Part shown: positions 1-8,711 of the stretch, piece after piece
How positions within the stretch are numbered: the stretch's first letter is position 1
Layout of the letters: the number at the start of each line of letters is the position of its first letter
Assembly (NCBI GenBank): GCA_013349485.1
Contig: DUZM01000001.1
Location: 1-32,433, forward strand
Direction: 5' to 3'
Origin: Candidatus Hydrogenedentota bacterium
GTDB lineage: Bacteria > Hydrogenedentota > Hydrogenedentia > Hydrogenedentales > SLHB01
Length of the DNA stretch: 32,433 bases
Notes under the pieces: generated by a model
The model's database searches: none
What the model saw: the letters and a program-made list of their open reading frames with translations, nothing else
What the model was told of the DNA's origin: nothing
Made by a program: the position numbers and the translations under genes

Positions 1-1785
1 CTTATACCTGACATCCGGCCGCTGGACAATCTGCTATCCGGCGGCCCGCGAAGGAAGGGGCTTGACGCCGCCGAAGACCACGTCCTGCTTATGGACTACG
101 TATTGGCCTTCGACCACGCCGCGTCTGTTCTCTGTCCGGGGGGCGGTTTGGACGCGTTGATCGAGCGGGGCAACACCGAGGAAGCGATTGCGCTTATACA
201 AGATTCGGGGTTGGCCGAGGCGTTGCACAGCTACGCGCGGCGCATCAGGAACAAGGGAGAGCTGGGCGTGCTGGCCACGGTCAACGTCAAAGCGTGGGCG
301 GATTTGCGCGATCGGATGGGCCTGGGGCCGCAGGAACTTGCAGTGCTCGAAGCTCTTCCCGAGGACTATGAACCCACTGTGGTTGTGCTGCCGGATCGCG
401 TCATCCTCGTGGGCGGCCCCGAGAAGCGGGTGAAGGTGAAGGTCTTGGCGCGTCCGCTCGGGGCAACGGATTTCGCGGAACGTGTCCTGGCGTCGCTCGG
501 CCGTTCTTCGTACGCCCTCGTTTTCCCGGAGGAAGTGGAGGGGGCCGGCAGCGTTGAGTACGGTATCGAAGTGGTCGAGGGCCGGCGGAAACGTTTTGAA
601 TGGCCGCGCGGTTTCCCGGCAGCTACTGCAACCGCCACAACGTATGTTCCCAGGTTGGCGTCCGTTCCCGCGCCGCCTGCGTCGGGTCGGGTGACGCCGG
701 TGGCCGTCGAATACGGGGTGTCGCCCGACTGGTACAGCGTTATCCTCGAGTGGACGCCGGAACCGGGCGAGGCCTACGCCGTTTACCGGAACGGTGCGCA
801 TCTGGCCACGGTGGCCGATGGTTGGTTCGAGGACCTGCGTCCTGTCTCGGGTTCCGCGGCAGACTACGGCGTGGTGGCGCGCAGCCTCTGGTCCGGGTTG
901 ACGGCGTATGCGGCCGCGCCGGTGTCGCTGCCTGGGCTGCCGTTGCCCGAGCCGCCCGCGAGCTTGCACCTAGCCACCCGGGCAAACCGGGTCGTCCTTG
1001 GGTGGTTCAGCGACTCGCCGCAAGCGGGGCAATACAACGTGGTGAAATACAATGAAGACCTCGAGCCCGTCGGGGAAATCATCGCCGCTGCCGATTATGG
1101 TCACTATTTGCAGGCAACCGATCGGGTCGAGGGCGGGACGGCGTGCACGTATTCGGTGGCCGGCGCGGCGCCCGACGGCCGAGTCGGCGCCCCCTCGAGT
1201 CTTGTCGGCGTGATTGCGTCGTCCGAGCCGGCTCGCCCCCGAGTTCAGCTTTCGTTCGAGGATACGTCATTTCTCATGGAACTGTCGCAGATAGCGGACA
1301 ACGCCTTGGCGGTCGGCGGCAAAGGGTGGTCTGAACTCGCGCGTCAACCCCAATGGGACCCGGAGCGGGCCCTGACACTGAGCCTGTGGGTGAAACTGGA
1401 TGACGTCGAGGGGGCGCCGGTGCTTATCTGCAAGGGTCCATGGGAGGAGGTGACGTATTTTTTGCAGCTCGTGGGCGGCCGGATCCGGTTCCATATGGCT
1501 GACCTCGGTACGCTCGATGGGGGCAGCCCGCAACCGGGGGTGTGGCAACACATTGCAGCCGTCTATGGGTTCGGCGAAATGCGGATCTATCTTAATGGCG
1601 TGCAAACTGGACGCAAGAACGTCGCAGGCGTCCCTCCGCTAGATACAACGCCTCTGCTGGCGCCGCGTTATGGGCTTAGCGAGGAGACGTATTACGTCCA
1701 CGGCCTTCTCGACGATATCCGCATCTACGATGTAGCACTGACTGGCGAAGAGGTGCGGATTCTTCGCGAGAAGACCAGGCGCTGA
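1..1785 (+). CDS. LamG/concanavalin-A-like lectin domain protein with two FN3-like repeats, probably 5'-truncated by the window edge
   Basis: ORF track gives 91..1785. The same frame is open from nt 1, and there is no SD before ATG 91 and no signal peptide at M91, so the gene likely starts upstream of the window. The C-terminal ~170 aa has a LamG-like signature (WQHIAAVY, MRIYLNGV, LDDIRIYDVALTGEEV). Two FN3-like segments are present (LEWTPEPGEAYAVYRNG; VVLGWFSD..YNVVKYN). The antisense ORF 34..969 is Arg/Pro-rich junk. Confidence 0.6.
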   Translation, partial: LIPDIRPLDNLLSGGPRRKGLDAAEDHVLLMDYVLAFDHAASVLCPGGGLDALIERGNTEEAIALIQDSGLAEALHSYARRIRNKGELGVLATVNVKAWADLRDRMGLGPQELAVLEALPEDYEPTVVVLPDRVILVGGPEKRVKVKVLARPLGATDFAERVLASLGRSSYALVFPEEVEGAGSVEYGIEVVEGRRKRFEWPRGFPAATATATTYVPRLASVPAPPASGRVTPVAVEYGVSPDWYSVILEWTPEPGEAYAVYRNGAHLATVADGWFEDLRPVSGSAADYGVVARSLWSGLTAYAAAPVSLPGLPLPEPPASLHLATRANRVVLGWFSDSPQAGQYNVVKYNEDLEPVGEIIAAADYGHYLQATDRVEGGTACTYSVAGAAPDGRVGAPSSLVGVIASSEPARPRVQLSFEDTSFLMELSQIADNALAVGGKGWSELARQPQWDPERALTLSLWVKLDDVEGAPVLICKGPWEEVTYFLQLVGGRIRFHMADLGTLDGGSPQPGVWQHIAAVYGFGEMRIYLNGVQTGRKNVAGVPPLDTTPLLAPRYGLSEETYYVHGLLDDIRIYDVALTGEEVRILREKTRR

Positions 1786-1806
1786 CGCCCGGACGGTCGC
1801 GGCGTC

Positions 1807-2430
1807 TCAGGCGACTTGTCGTTTTCTGCGCTTTACTGCCAGGGAAAGGAGAACGGCGAGGAACAGTGCCGGGTTGCCATATGCGGGCGGGGAACCGCTT
1901 CGGGAAACAGCGGTTATGGTTGCGGCGCATGAGGGGGTCAGCACCCCTGGTTGGTCGGCGCCGGAGACCTCGTAGCCGGCCGCCTGCCAGGCATCAAATC
2001 CGCCGAGCATGTTATGTACGGCGGTAAAGCCTTTGTCGCTAAGGAGTTGGGCCGCCGGGGCGCTCCGACCGCCGGCCTTGCAATACACCACGATGTCCTG
2101 GTTTTGCAGGTCGGCAATTTCATCGAGGCGGACACCCAGCTCCGTTGAGTCGATGTTGTATGCGCCTGGGATGTAGCCGGCGTCGATCTCGGCGGCGGTT
2201 CGCACGTCCAGGAAGAACGTTTCGTCTTCCCACATCTGGTGCGCCTGCGCGACTGAAACGTCTTCGTAAGCCTTGGGGAATAGCATGCGATGTACGATCT
2301 CAGTTGTTACGTCGTCGCTGCCGGCTTCTCCTGGAACGCCCGGTTCGCCGCGCGCAATGTCGTATTCTGCCGCGAAAGCAGCCAAACAAATGCCGAGGAC
2401 GACGACGAAGAGGCCGAAATGGGTGTACAT
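1807..2430 (-). CDS. Secreted single-domain rhodanese (sulfurtransferase) with N-terminal signal peptide and C-terminal motif+TM+basic-cluster sorting-type tail
   Basis: N-terminus MYTHFGLFVVVLGICLAAFAAE is signal-peptide-like. Rhodanese core FLDVRTAAEIDAGYIPGAYNI with active-site loop YCKAGGRS. C-terminus SPPAYGNPALFLAVLLSLAVKRRKRQVA. Strong SD (AAGGAG) lies 8 nt upstream of the ATG at 2430. Confidence 0.85.
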   Translation of the reverse strand: MYTHFGLFVVVLGICLAAFAAEYDIARGEPGVPGEAGSDDVTTEIVHRMLFPKAYEDVSVAQAHQMWEDETFFLDVRTAAEIDAGYIPGAYNIDSTELGVRLDEIADLQNQDIVVYCKAGGRSAPAAQLLSDKGFTAVHNMLGGFDAWQAAGYEVSGADQPGVLTPSCAATITAVSRSGSPPAYGNPALFLAVLLSLAVKRRKRQVA

Positions 2431-2580
2431 TTTTTACGGTTCTCCTTGCTAGGGGGTTCCCATGGCCGCTTTTGAAGGCCGAATGCGGATCGCTGCGCGC
2501 CGGTATTGGTCGTTCCGCTCCAACCTGTGCGCATCTAATGTCTTACCACGCGTCATTCACGTTCCGGTGAGCGATGTGGG

Positions 2581-5091
2581 TTAGGATTTCTGCACATTGA
2601 CGCGGTAGCATCGAGGCACGGCGACCTCGTGGCGGATTGCGCCGTCTTTTTTCCACCAACGCATCTTAATAACGCCGTCGGGGACGGGGACTTCACCGTC
2701 GCACCACTGGAGTTCGAGGTCCGGGAGTTGTACTTCGACGGTCTTATTCGTTGGATCGATACGGCGCAAGCCGAGCACGTCGCGATAGTACTGATGGCAG
2801 ATGTGTGCGCCAAATCCGTGGCAGCAGCTTGCTGCGGCCGTGTCGTGTTCCCACAGGGTACCGGTTTGCTCAGCCATGCAAAGCAGGAACTCGATGGACT
2901 CATCAACGAACTGTTGGACGTGGCCAAACCGGGCGAGGAGGTCCAGCCGCAGGAGGTCGCCGACGAAGAAATTGGCCATGTGCACTTCCGGATACGCCCC
3001 GGATTGCTTCCGCCGTGGGCCGAATTCGTTGCGAAGTACGCGCCACAAGTCCGGGTGGGTTTCGGGCGTCGCGACGCCGAAGAAGAACGCATAGTATTGG
3101 CAGACTTCGCTGCGGTTTCGGGTAACGACGAGGTCGTTATCTTGTCGTAACGCATTATCTACGAAAAACTCCCCGTCAAAGGATTGCCGCTTAATGACGT
3201 CCCGGACGGCCTTGGCCTCGGCAGCGCAGTCTGGAAGGCCGTACACGCGGTGTGCCGCGTCGAGTGCGCCGGCGTAGAGCATGTTCGTGGGGTAATTCAC
3301 GTCTTGGACGAACTCGTTGGCCCTGGACCATTCGACAAACACCCAGCTATCGAGTTTTTCGAGCAAGCCGTCGGCGTTCTTGAACTTGCGCAAGTAATCG
3401 AACAGGGCAAGGACCTTCGGCTTCAAAGCGTCGGCTAACGGTCGGTCGCCGCTGCGGGCCAGGTATTCCTCGAGTTGGACCACAAACCATAAGGCCCAGT
3501 TCGGAATGAAGACGCCGTCATAGTGGTCTGCGGGATAGCACATGGGCAACATGCCTTCGGGGAGTTGGTTAAGCCGTTCGAGCAGCAAGTAGTTTTCAAA
3601 GAAATTGCGCTCGACTGCGGTGTTTCCCGACAATGCGAAGGCGGCTCGTGCCGCAAAGGTGCTGTCGCACAGCCAGGGGGCGCGCTCGCGCGAAGGACAG
3701 TCCATGAACGTGTCGGGGCTGTTTTGTCTCGAGCTTTGGCGTCCCGCCTCGAAGATGCGGTTGAGCCGCTCGTCGCTCGATTGGAACCGGCCCTTGCCGG
3801 CGTCGGGATTGGCGTACTCTCGGATGTAGACGCCGCTGACGCGACAGGCGCCGTCGAGCACGAGGACCTTGAGATAGCGTAACGTGTAGGGTTCGAAGGC
3901 CTCGAGTTCGTAGGTCCCCGGCCCGAGTTCGTAGGTCACTAGCTGCGCCGAGCCCATACGCAAGAAGTTGACGTCTCCCTCATTCGTGAGAATCTCGTCA
4001 AACACGAATAGGAGGCGGGTCTTCTCAGTGCATGCCACTCGGGCGCCGAAAAAGCCCGTCAGGTTTAGGCCGAAATCTACGACATGAAACGTGTTGGCGG
4101 GCAAGTCGAGGCGGGTATCGGGCGTCAGCGCCTCGCCGACGTCCTCGTGGCGCTCGATGGCCAAGGTCTGCATTTCTATCGACGGGATTGTGTCGAGTTC
4201 TTCCGCCCGATACCCCAAGAGGCTGGGGCCAATGCCCGTCAAAGAACGGTCTTTGAAAACGTGGCCGGGTTGCTCGTTGGTTCGGACGGTTCCCCGGCTG
4301 ACGTGGCGCGTGGCCGTACGCACGTCAAACGTCGGATAGGCTACATGCCGGGGCAAGTAGCGCTTTTCCGGGAGGCCGGGGCAGTCCGTTGCCTTAAACG
4401 CGGCGTCGGGATCCGCCCGCCAGCGATCCCCGCCGGGCGCGAGGCGGTACACTTCCGTAAACGGCCGCTGGAAACTGTACCGTTGGGCCTTTTGTACGCG
4501 CGCGTTAAGAACGGTTCCGGCGAAGTGCACGCCTGCACCAGCGGTCGACGCCAACACCTGTCCGTCGGCGACAAGTTCTGCCTGGAGGAACGCCGGCTGG
4601 TTCACAAGGTAGTAGCTGTTGACGTTGTACCCGGCGACCTCGAACGCGATAACGTGTCTACCGGGCGCTAGCCGACTGGCAAGATCCCATTCATCGACGC
4701 GGAAATAGCCGTGGGCGGCGCGGGCAGGCCCGTGGCCGCAGAACGCGCCGTCTATGAAGGCACGGTACACCGAGGAGGCGGCAATTCGGAGTACGACCTC
4801 GTCGGCTTCCGGCATGTCGACGACGGCGCGGAATCCCGCAAATACATTCATTTCGGTTTCGCGCCCCTCAGGCCAGATTGGTGCGGATGCATTCATACCG
4901 TTTCTCCATTGACCGTAATGAACGTGATGATAGTCCCGCGTGGAGACACCGTTTGCCTCTGGGCAAGAGGCCCCTCCACCCGTTGTGCCGGGAAGCTGCC
5001 GTTCTTCGGCGCAATGCGCTGCACCGGCAGCTATGAGACAGACAAGGCCGCTTGCGCCGGCTGCTCGGAGGCGAACCCGCGCGTGTCGCAT
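2581..5091 (-). CDS. Secreted six-hairpin glycoside hydrolase, GH78 alpha-L-rhamnosidase-like
   Basis: 836-aa ORF. N-terminus MRHARVRLRAAGASGLVCLIAAGAAHCAE is signal-like. The central motif FMDCPSRERAPWLCDS resembles the GH78 DCPxRdERxGWxGD catalytic-domain signature, followed by (alpha/alpha)6-like helices. The start is uncertain because ATG 5091 overlaps the nrdG 3' end by 61 nt. Confidence 0.65.
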   Translation of the reverse strand: MRHARVRLRAAGASGLVCLIAAGAAHCAEERQLPGTTGGGASCPEANGVSTRDYHHVHYGQWRNGMNASAPIWPEGRETEMNVFAGFRAVVDMPEADEVVLRIAASSVYRAFIDGAFCGHGPARAAHGYFRVDEWDLASRLAPGRHVIAFEVAGYNVNSYYLVNQPAFLQAELVADGQVLASTAGAGVHFAGTVLNARVQKAQRYSFQRPFTEVYRLAPGGDRWRADPDAAFKATDCPGLPEKRYLPRHVAYPTFDVRTATRHVSRGTVRTNEQPGHVFKDRSLTGIGPSLLGYRAEELDTIPSIEMQTLAIERHEDVGEALTPDTRLDLPANTFHVVDFGLNLTGFFGARVACTEKTRLLFVFDEILTNEGDVNFLRMGSAQLVTYELGPGTYELEAFEPYTLRYLKVLVLDGACRVSGVYIREYANPDAGKGRFQSSDERLNRIFEAGRQSSRQNSPDTFMDCPSRERAPWLCDSTFAARAAFALSGNTAVERNFFENYLLLERLNQLPEGMLPMCYPADHYDGVFIPNWALWFVVQLEEYLARSGDRPLADALKPKVLALFDYLRKFKNADGLLEKLDSWVFVEWSRANEFVQDVNYPTNMLYAGALDAAHRVYGLPDCAAEAKAVRDVIKRQSFDGEFFVDNALRQDNDLVVTRNRSEVCQYYAFFFGVATPETHPDLWRVLRNEFGPRRKQSGAYPEVHMANFFVGDLLRLDLLARFGHVQQFVDESIEFLLCMAEQTGTLWEHDTAAASCCHGFGAHICHQYYRDVLGLRRIDPTNKTVEVQLPDLELQWCDGEVPVPDGVIKMRWWKKDGAIRHEVAVPRCYRVNVQKS

Positions 5092-5771
5092 CGTTGCACG
5101 AATTCCTGCAGTTCCTCGACCACGCCGACAATCGAAAGGGACGAGCGAGGTGTGGCGTCGAGACGCGGATCGGCGCGTTCGCGGCGGGCCTCCGGCTTAC
5201 GGTATTGCTGCAACACGAACCGTTTCGCGCCGCGGATACGCCGCGCAATCGCGAGCAGATCGTCCTCCGTAAGCTGCGGCACGGCCGTCGTTCGAAACTC
5301 GTAGTCAATGTGGCCGCACAACAACAAGTCGATGCTGGCATTGATCGCGCTGTGGTCGACCGGCACGCCGCAGAATGCTTCATATTTCTCTTGAGGCGCC
5401 TTGACGTCCATGGCGACGTAGTCCAGAAGGTCCGCCTCGATAAGCGCCGCTAATACATGGGGGCGCGTGCCGTTCGTATCGAGCTTGACGGGGTAGCCGA
5501 GCGCTCGGACTTGTCGGATGAAATCGGCCAGATCCGGCTGGAGCGTCGGCTCGCCGCCACTGATGACGACCGCCTCGAGAAACGCTCGGCGTCTAGCCAG
5601 CCAGTCCAAGGCGTCTCGCGGCGGCATGCCGTCGAACCACGGTTGCCCGCCTAGGAGGTGCCGGTTGTGGCAATAGAAACAGTCCAAGTTGCAGCCCGGT
5701 GTAAATAGAACTGCGGCGAGTCTGCCGGGATAATCTCTAAATGAGTTCTTTTCTATGCCGGCGATTCTCAC
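5031..5771 (-). CDS. nrdG: Anaerobic ribonucleoside-triphosphate reductase activating protein (radical SAM)
   Basis: Radical-SAM cluster motif CNLDCFYCHN, then VVISGGEPTLQ and KLDTNG. I place the start at GTG 5771..5769, which overlaps the nrdD TGA (GTGA) and gives VRIAGIEKNSFRDYPG. The ORF-track ATG at 5921 would overlap nrdD by about 150 nt. Confidence 0.85.
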   Translation of the reverse strand: MRIAGIEKNSFRDYPGRLAAVLFTPGCNLDCFYCHNRHLLGGQPWFDGMPPRDALDWLARRRAFLEAVVISGGEPTLQPDLADFIRQVRALGYPVKLDTNGTRPHVLAALIEADLLDYVAMDVKAPQEKYEAFCGVPVDHSAINASIDLLLCGHIDYEFRTTAVPQLTEDDLLAIARRIRGAKRFVLQQYRKPEARRERADPRLDATPRSSLSIVGVVEELQEFVQRCDTRGFASEQPAQAALSVS

Positions 5772-7873
5772 GAAACGGGCTCCATTTGCAGTTCGGCCGG
5801 CACCTCGAACTTTAACCGTTCGCGGTACTCTTCTTTCTTTCCGTCGTTGTAGTTTGCGACGGGCCGCAAGTAACCGGTAACGCGCGACCAGACTTCGGTT
5901 TCGGCGCCGCACGCCGGACACGCGAAATGCTCGCCGCGGATATAGCCGTGATTCGAGCAGATGCTGAACGTCGGGGTAATGGAAATGTAGGGCAATTTGT
6001 ATTTTTCGAAGATTTTGCGTATCAGCCGTTTCGCGATCTCGGTGTCTTCGATGCTTTCGCCGAGGTAGAGATGCAGTACCGTGCCGCCGGTGTAGGCCGA
6101 CTGCAGTTCGTCCTGTAATTCGAGCACGCGGAAGATATCCCTCGAGAACTCGACGGGCAATTGGGTCGAGTTGGTGTAGTACGGCGTGCCGTTGCCCGAA
6201 GCGATTATGTCCGGATACTTGGATTTGTCGAGCCGGGCAAGGCGGTAGGCGGTTCCTTCTGCGGGGGTCGCCTCGAGGTTGAATACGTGGCCGGTTTCCT
6301 TCTGTATCTCGACGAGCAGGCCGCGGAGGTATTGCATCAGTTCCATGGCAAATGTCTGGCCGTCCGGGCTCGTCAGGTCTTTTTCCATGAAGTTCAGCAC
6401 GGCTTCATTCATACCGATGACGCCGATGGTGCTGAAATGATTGTGCCAGTATTCGCCGGTTCGCGCTTTCGCGTGGCGCAGATAGTGCGCTGAATATGGA
6501 TACAGCCCGGACGCGGTTTGCTGTTCGATGAGTTTGCGCTTGATCTCGAGTGAGGTCTTGCCGATTTGAACGAGGCGCCACAGCCGCGCCTTGAATTCCC
6601 GACGTGTCTTGGCGAGATAGCCGATTCGCGGGAGGTTTATGGTGAATACGCCGATCGAGCCTGTCAGCGGATTGCTGCCAAAGAGGCCGCCGCCGCGTCG
6701 GCGCAGTTCCGTGGTGTCGAGCCGGAGTCGACAACACATGGAGACGGCGTCTTCGGGCGACAGCTCGGAGTTGACGTAGTTGGCGAAATAGGGAATGCCG
6801 TACTTGCACGTGATTTTCATGAACGCCTGGACGGACGGCGAGTCCCAATCGAAGTCTTTGGTGACGTTGATCGTCGGGATCGGGAAGGTGAACACCCGGC
6901 CTTTGGCGTCGCCCTCCATCATGACCTCGCAAAACGCCTTGTTGAACAAGTCCATCTCCGATTGAAACTCGCCATAAGTGGCGTCAATGGTTTTGCCGCC
7001 AATAATGACCGCTTGATCCTTCAGCGCGGCTGGCACGGTAAGGTCGAAGGTCAGATTCGAAAAGGGGCATTGGAACCCGACCCGGGTCGGCACGTTGATG
7101 TTGAAAACGAATTCCTGCAGACACTGCTTCACCTGTTCGTAGGTCATACAATCAAAGCGAATAAAGGGTGCGCAGTACGTGTCGAAACTGCTCCAGGCCT
7201 GCGCCCCCGCGCACTCTCCTTGGGTCGTAAAGGTCGAGTTGACGACCTGGCCAAGGAATGAGCGGAGATGCTTGGCCGGGCGACTCTCGACTTTACCGGG
7301 GACGCCACCGAACCCTTCCATCAGTAGTTGGCGGAGATCCCATCCTGCACAATAGGGCATGAGATAGCCGAGGTCGTGAATATGGGCGTCGCCGGATTCA
7401 TGGGCTTCCCGGACCTCTCCTGGATAGACCTCGTGAAGCCAGTAGCTTTTCGTGAAGAACTCGCGCACGTAATTGTTCAGGCCGTTGACGCTTTTTTGCA
7501 TGTTGGCATTTTCTTTGGTGCGCCAGTCTTTATTGAGTAGGTAGGCAGAGAACATTTCGATGGTTGCGCCGACCAGGGCGTTGAAATTGCGCGCGCCGGC
7601 GCGTTTCTCACGGTAGAGAATATAGGCTTTGGCGGTTTGGGCATGCCCGTTTTCGATAAGGACTTTTTCGACGAGGTCTTGAACGCCTTCTACTTCGGGG
7701 ATGCGGCCGTCGTAAACGCGCCCGGCAAGCACGATGACCTGTCTGCACAGTTCTTCGGCGCGTCCGAAATCCTCGCCGCCGCACGCTTTCGCCGCCTTGA
7801 AAATGGCCCTAGTGATTTTCTCGGAACGGAACTTCTCGATGCTGCCGTCCCGCTTGCGAATCTGATCGAACAT
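5768..7873 (-). CDS. nrdD: Anaerobic (class III) ribonucleoside-triphosphate reductase
   Basis: N-terminal ATP-cone (IRKRDGSIEKFRSEKITRAI). C-terminal Zn site (CSNHG..CPACG) and glycyl-radical motif RVTGYLRP. SD AGGAGAAGG lies upstream of ATG 7873. Confidence 0.95.
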   Translation of the reverse strand: MFDQIRKRDGSIEKFRSEKITRAIFKAAKACGGEDFGRAEELCRQVIVLAGRVYDGRIPEVEGVQDLVEKVLIENGHAQTAKAYILYREKRAGARNFNALVGATIEMFSAYLLNKDWRTKENANMQKSVNGLNNYVREFFTKSYWLHEVYPGEVREAHESGDAHIHDLGYLMPYCAGWDLRQLLMEGFGGVPGKVESRPAKHLRSFLGQVVNSTFTTQGECAGAQAWSSFDTYCAPFIRFDCMTYEQVKQCLQEFVFNINVPTRVGFQCPFSNLTFDLTVPAALKDQAVIIGGKTIDATYGEFQSEMDLFNKAFCEVMMEGDAKGRVFTFPIPTINVTKDFDWDSPSVQAFMKITCKYGIPYFANYVNSELSPEDAVSMCCRLRLDTTELRRRGGGLFGSNPLTGSIGVFTINLPRIGYLAKTRREFKARLWRLVQIGKTSLEIKRKLIEQQTASGLYPYSAHYLRHAKARTGEYWHNHFSTIGVIGMNEAVLNFMEKDLTSPDGQTFAMELMQYLRGLLVEIQKETGHVFNLEATPAEGTAYRLARLDKSKYPDIIASGNGTPYYTNSTQLPVEFSRDIFRVLELQDELQSAYTGGTVLHLYLGESIEDTEIAKRLIRKIFEKYKLPYISITPTFSICSNHGYIRGEHFACPACGAETEVWSRVTGYLRPVANYNDGKKEEYRERLKFEVPAELQMEPVS

Positions 7874-8085
7874 AAATGCCTTCTCCTACCGCCTATCACG
7901 TTATGATGACTCCAGGTGATAACTGAATACGACTCCCGATCTCCCCAAGATCGCCCCAAAATGTACGATTACGCCAACCGGCCTGCCAAGCTCATGTCTT
8001 ACCTGTTGGCGGCCAAGAGGTTACGTTCCCCGTCGTTTCGCCCGGCCTAGGCCAATGTCGTCAGATCGCCTCGCCGCGTGGTAAA

Positions 8086-8101
8086 CCCCATTATATGGTG
8101 T
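8086..8101. promoter_or_regulatory. NrdR box 1 (overlaps the -10 element)
   Basis: CCCCATTATATGGTGT matches 12 of 16 positions of the NrdR-box consensus acaCwAtATaTwGtgt. Confidence 0.6.
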
Positions 8102-8118
8102 AGGCTCAATTCTGTCAA
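8090..8118 (-). promoter_or_regulatory. Consensus sigma70 promoter of nrdDG (TTGACA-N17-TATAAT)
   Basis: The minus strand reads TTGACA (8118..8113), a 17-nt spacer, then TATAAT (8095..8090). It lies about 215 nt upstream of the nrdD ATG. Confidence 0.7.
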
Positions 8119-8133
8119 CACTAAATGTTGCGT
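8118..8133. promoter_or_regulatory. NrdR box 2 (overlaps the -35 element)
   Basis: ACACTAAATGTTGCGT matches 13 of 16 positions of the NrdR-box consensus. Its centre is 32 bp from the box 1 centre, which is the classic three-turn tandem spacing. Confidence 0.6.
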
Positions 8134-8711
8134 TTTCTTAAGTCAAGCGATTTCAATGGTTAACCCAGTCCTAGCATAGCGAAATGACGGGTTTGGCGAC
8201 GCGGAGCGGGGCAACAGCAGCGATAAAAGGTCAGAATACTGAGAATATTTTCAGAGGGGCGCTCCGCGTTCCGTAATCTGCGCGTTCTGCTGGGCGCGAG
8301 CGAAGGATCTAGATTCGGGGAAGCGCGCGCAAGAACGACGCCGATTCTCTGGTTGCGTTCGGCATGACGCTGGACGCGTTTCTTGGCGCAGAGAAGAGCG
8401 ACGGGCGCAACCTAAATTGGCGGGAGAAGCAAACGAAAGACAGACGGGGATCTTGATGCTGAAGGGGTCGTAAGAGGGGCCGGCCAGCGGGTGAGCCGCC
8501 ATGCTTGCCAGGCGGTTGTTCGACGCGGAGTCGTGTGATACCTTGTATCGTATCTGTTGCTCGATGTATGAAACCCGATGGCGCGGCGTGCCGCCCCCCG
8601 ATTTGCGCCAGTGAGAACGCCGCCGAGCCACTCGCGTGAGGCCTTATGCAAGCCGTTTTTGGGGATGAAGCCACTTACCCATGCGAAAGTGGCTGAGTAG
8701 AGGCGTACGCC

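Noticed and set aside
34-969. 311-aa minus-strand ORF overlapping the LamG gene
   Set aside because: The translation is Arg/Gly/Pro-rich and low-complexity. It is antisense to an ORF with recognisable domains, a typical high-GC shadow ORF.
7874-8085. Possible cobalamin or other riboswitch in the 210-nt nrdD leader
   Set aside because: No B12-box-like or other recognisable riboswitch core could be matched by eye. It is recorded only as a long UTR.
8251-8674. Three overlapping minus-strand ORFs (126, 121 and 79 aa) in the nrdD-SCP2 spacer
   Set aside because: All three frames are open at once and the composition is non-protein-like. This reflects strand compositional bias rather than coding.
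8134-8711. RNase P RNA, tmRNA, SRP RNA or tRNA in the two large intergenic regions (also checked in 13201-13700)
   Set aside because: The universal motifs are absent on both strands: GGAAAGUCC for RNase P, a tRNA-like T-arm ending in CCA for tmRNA, GGTTCGA-type T-loops for tRNA, and the SRP domain IV motif.
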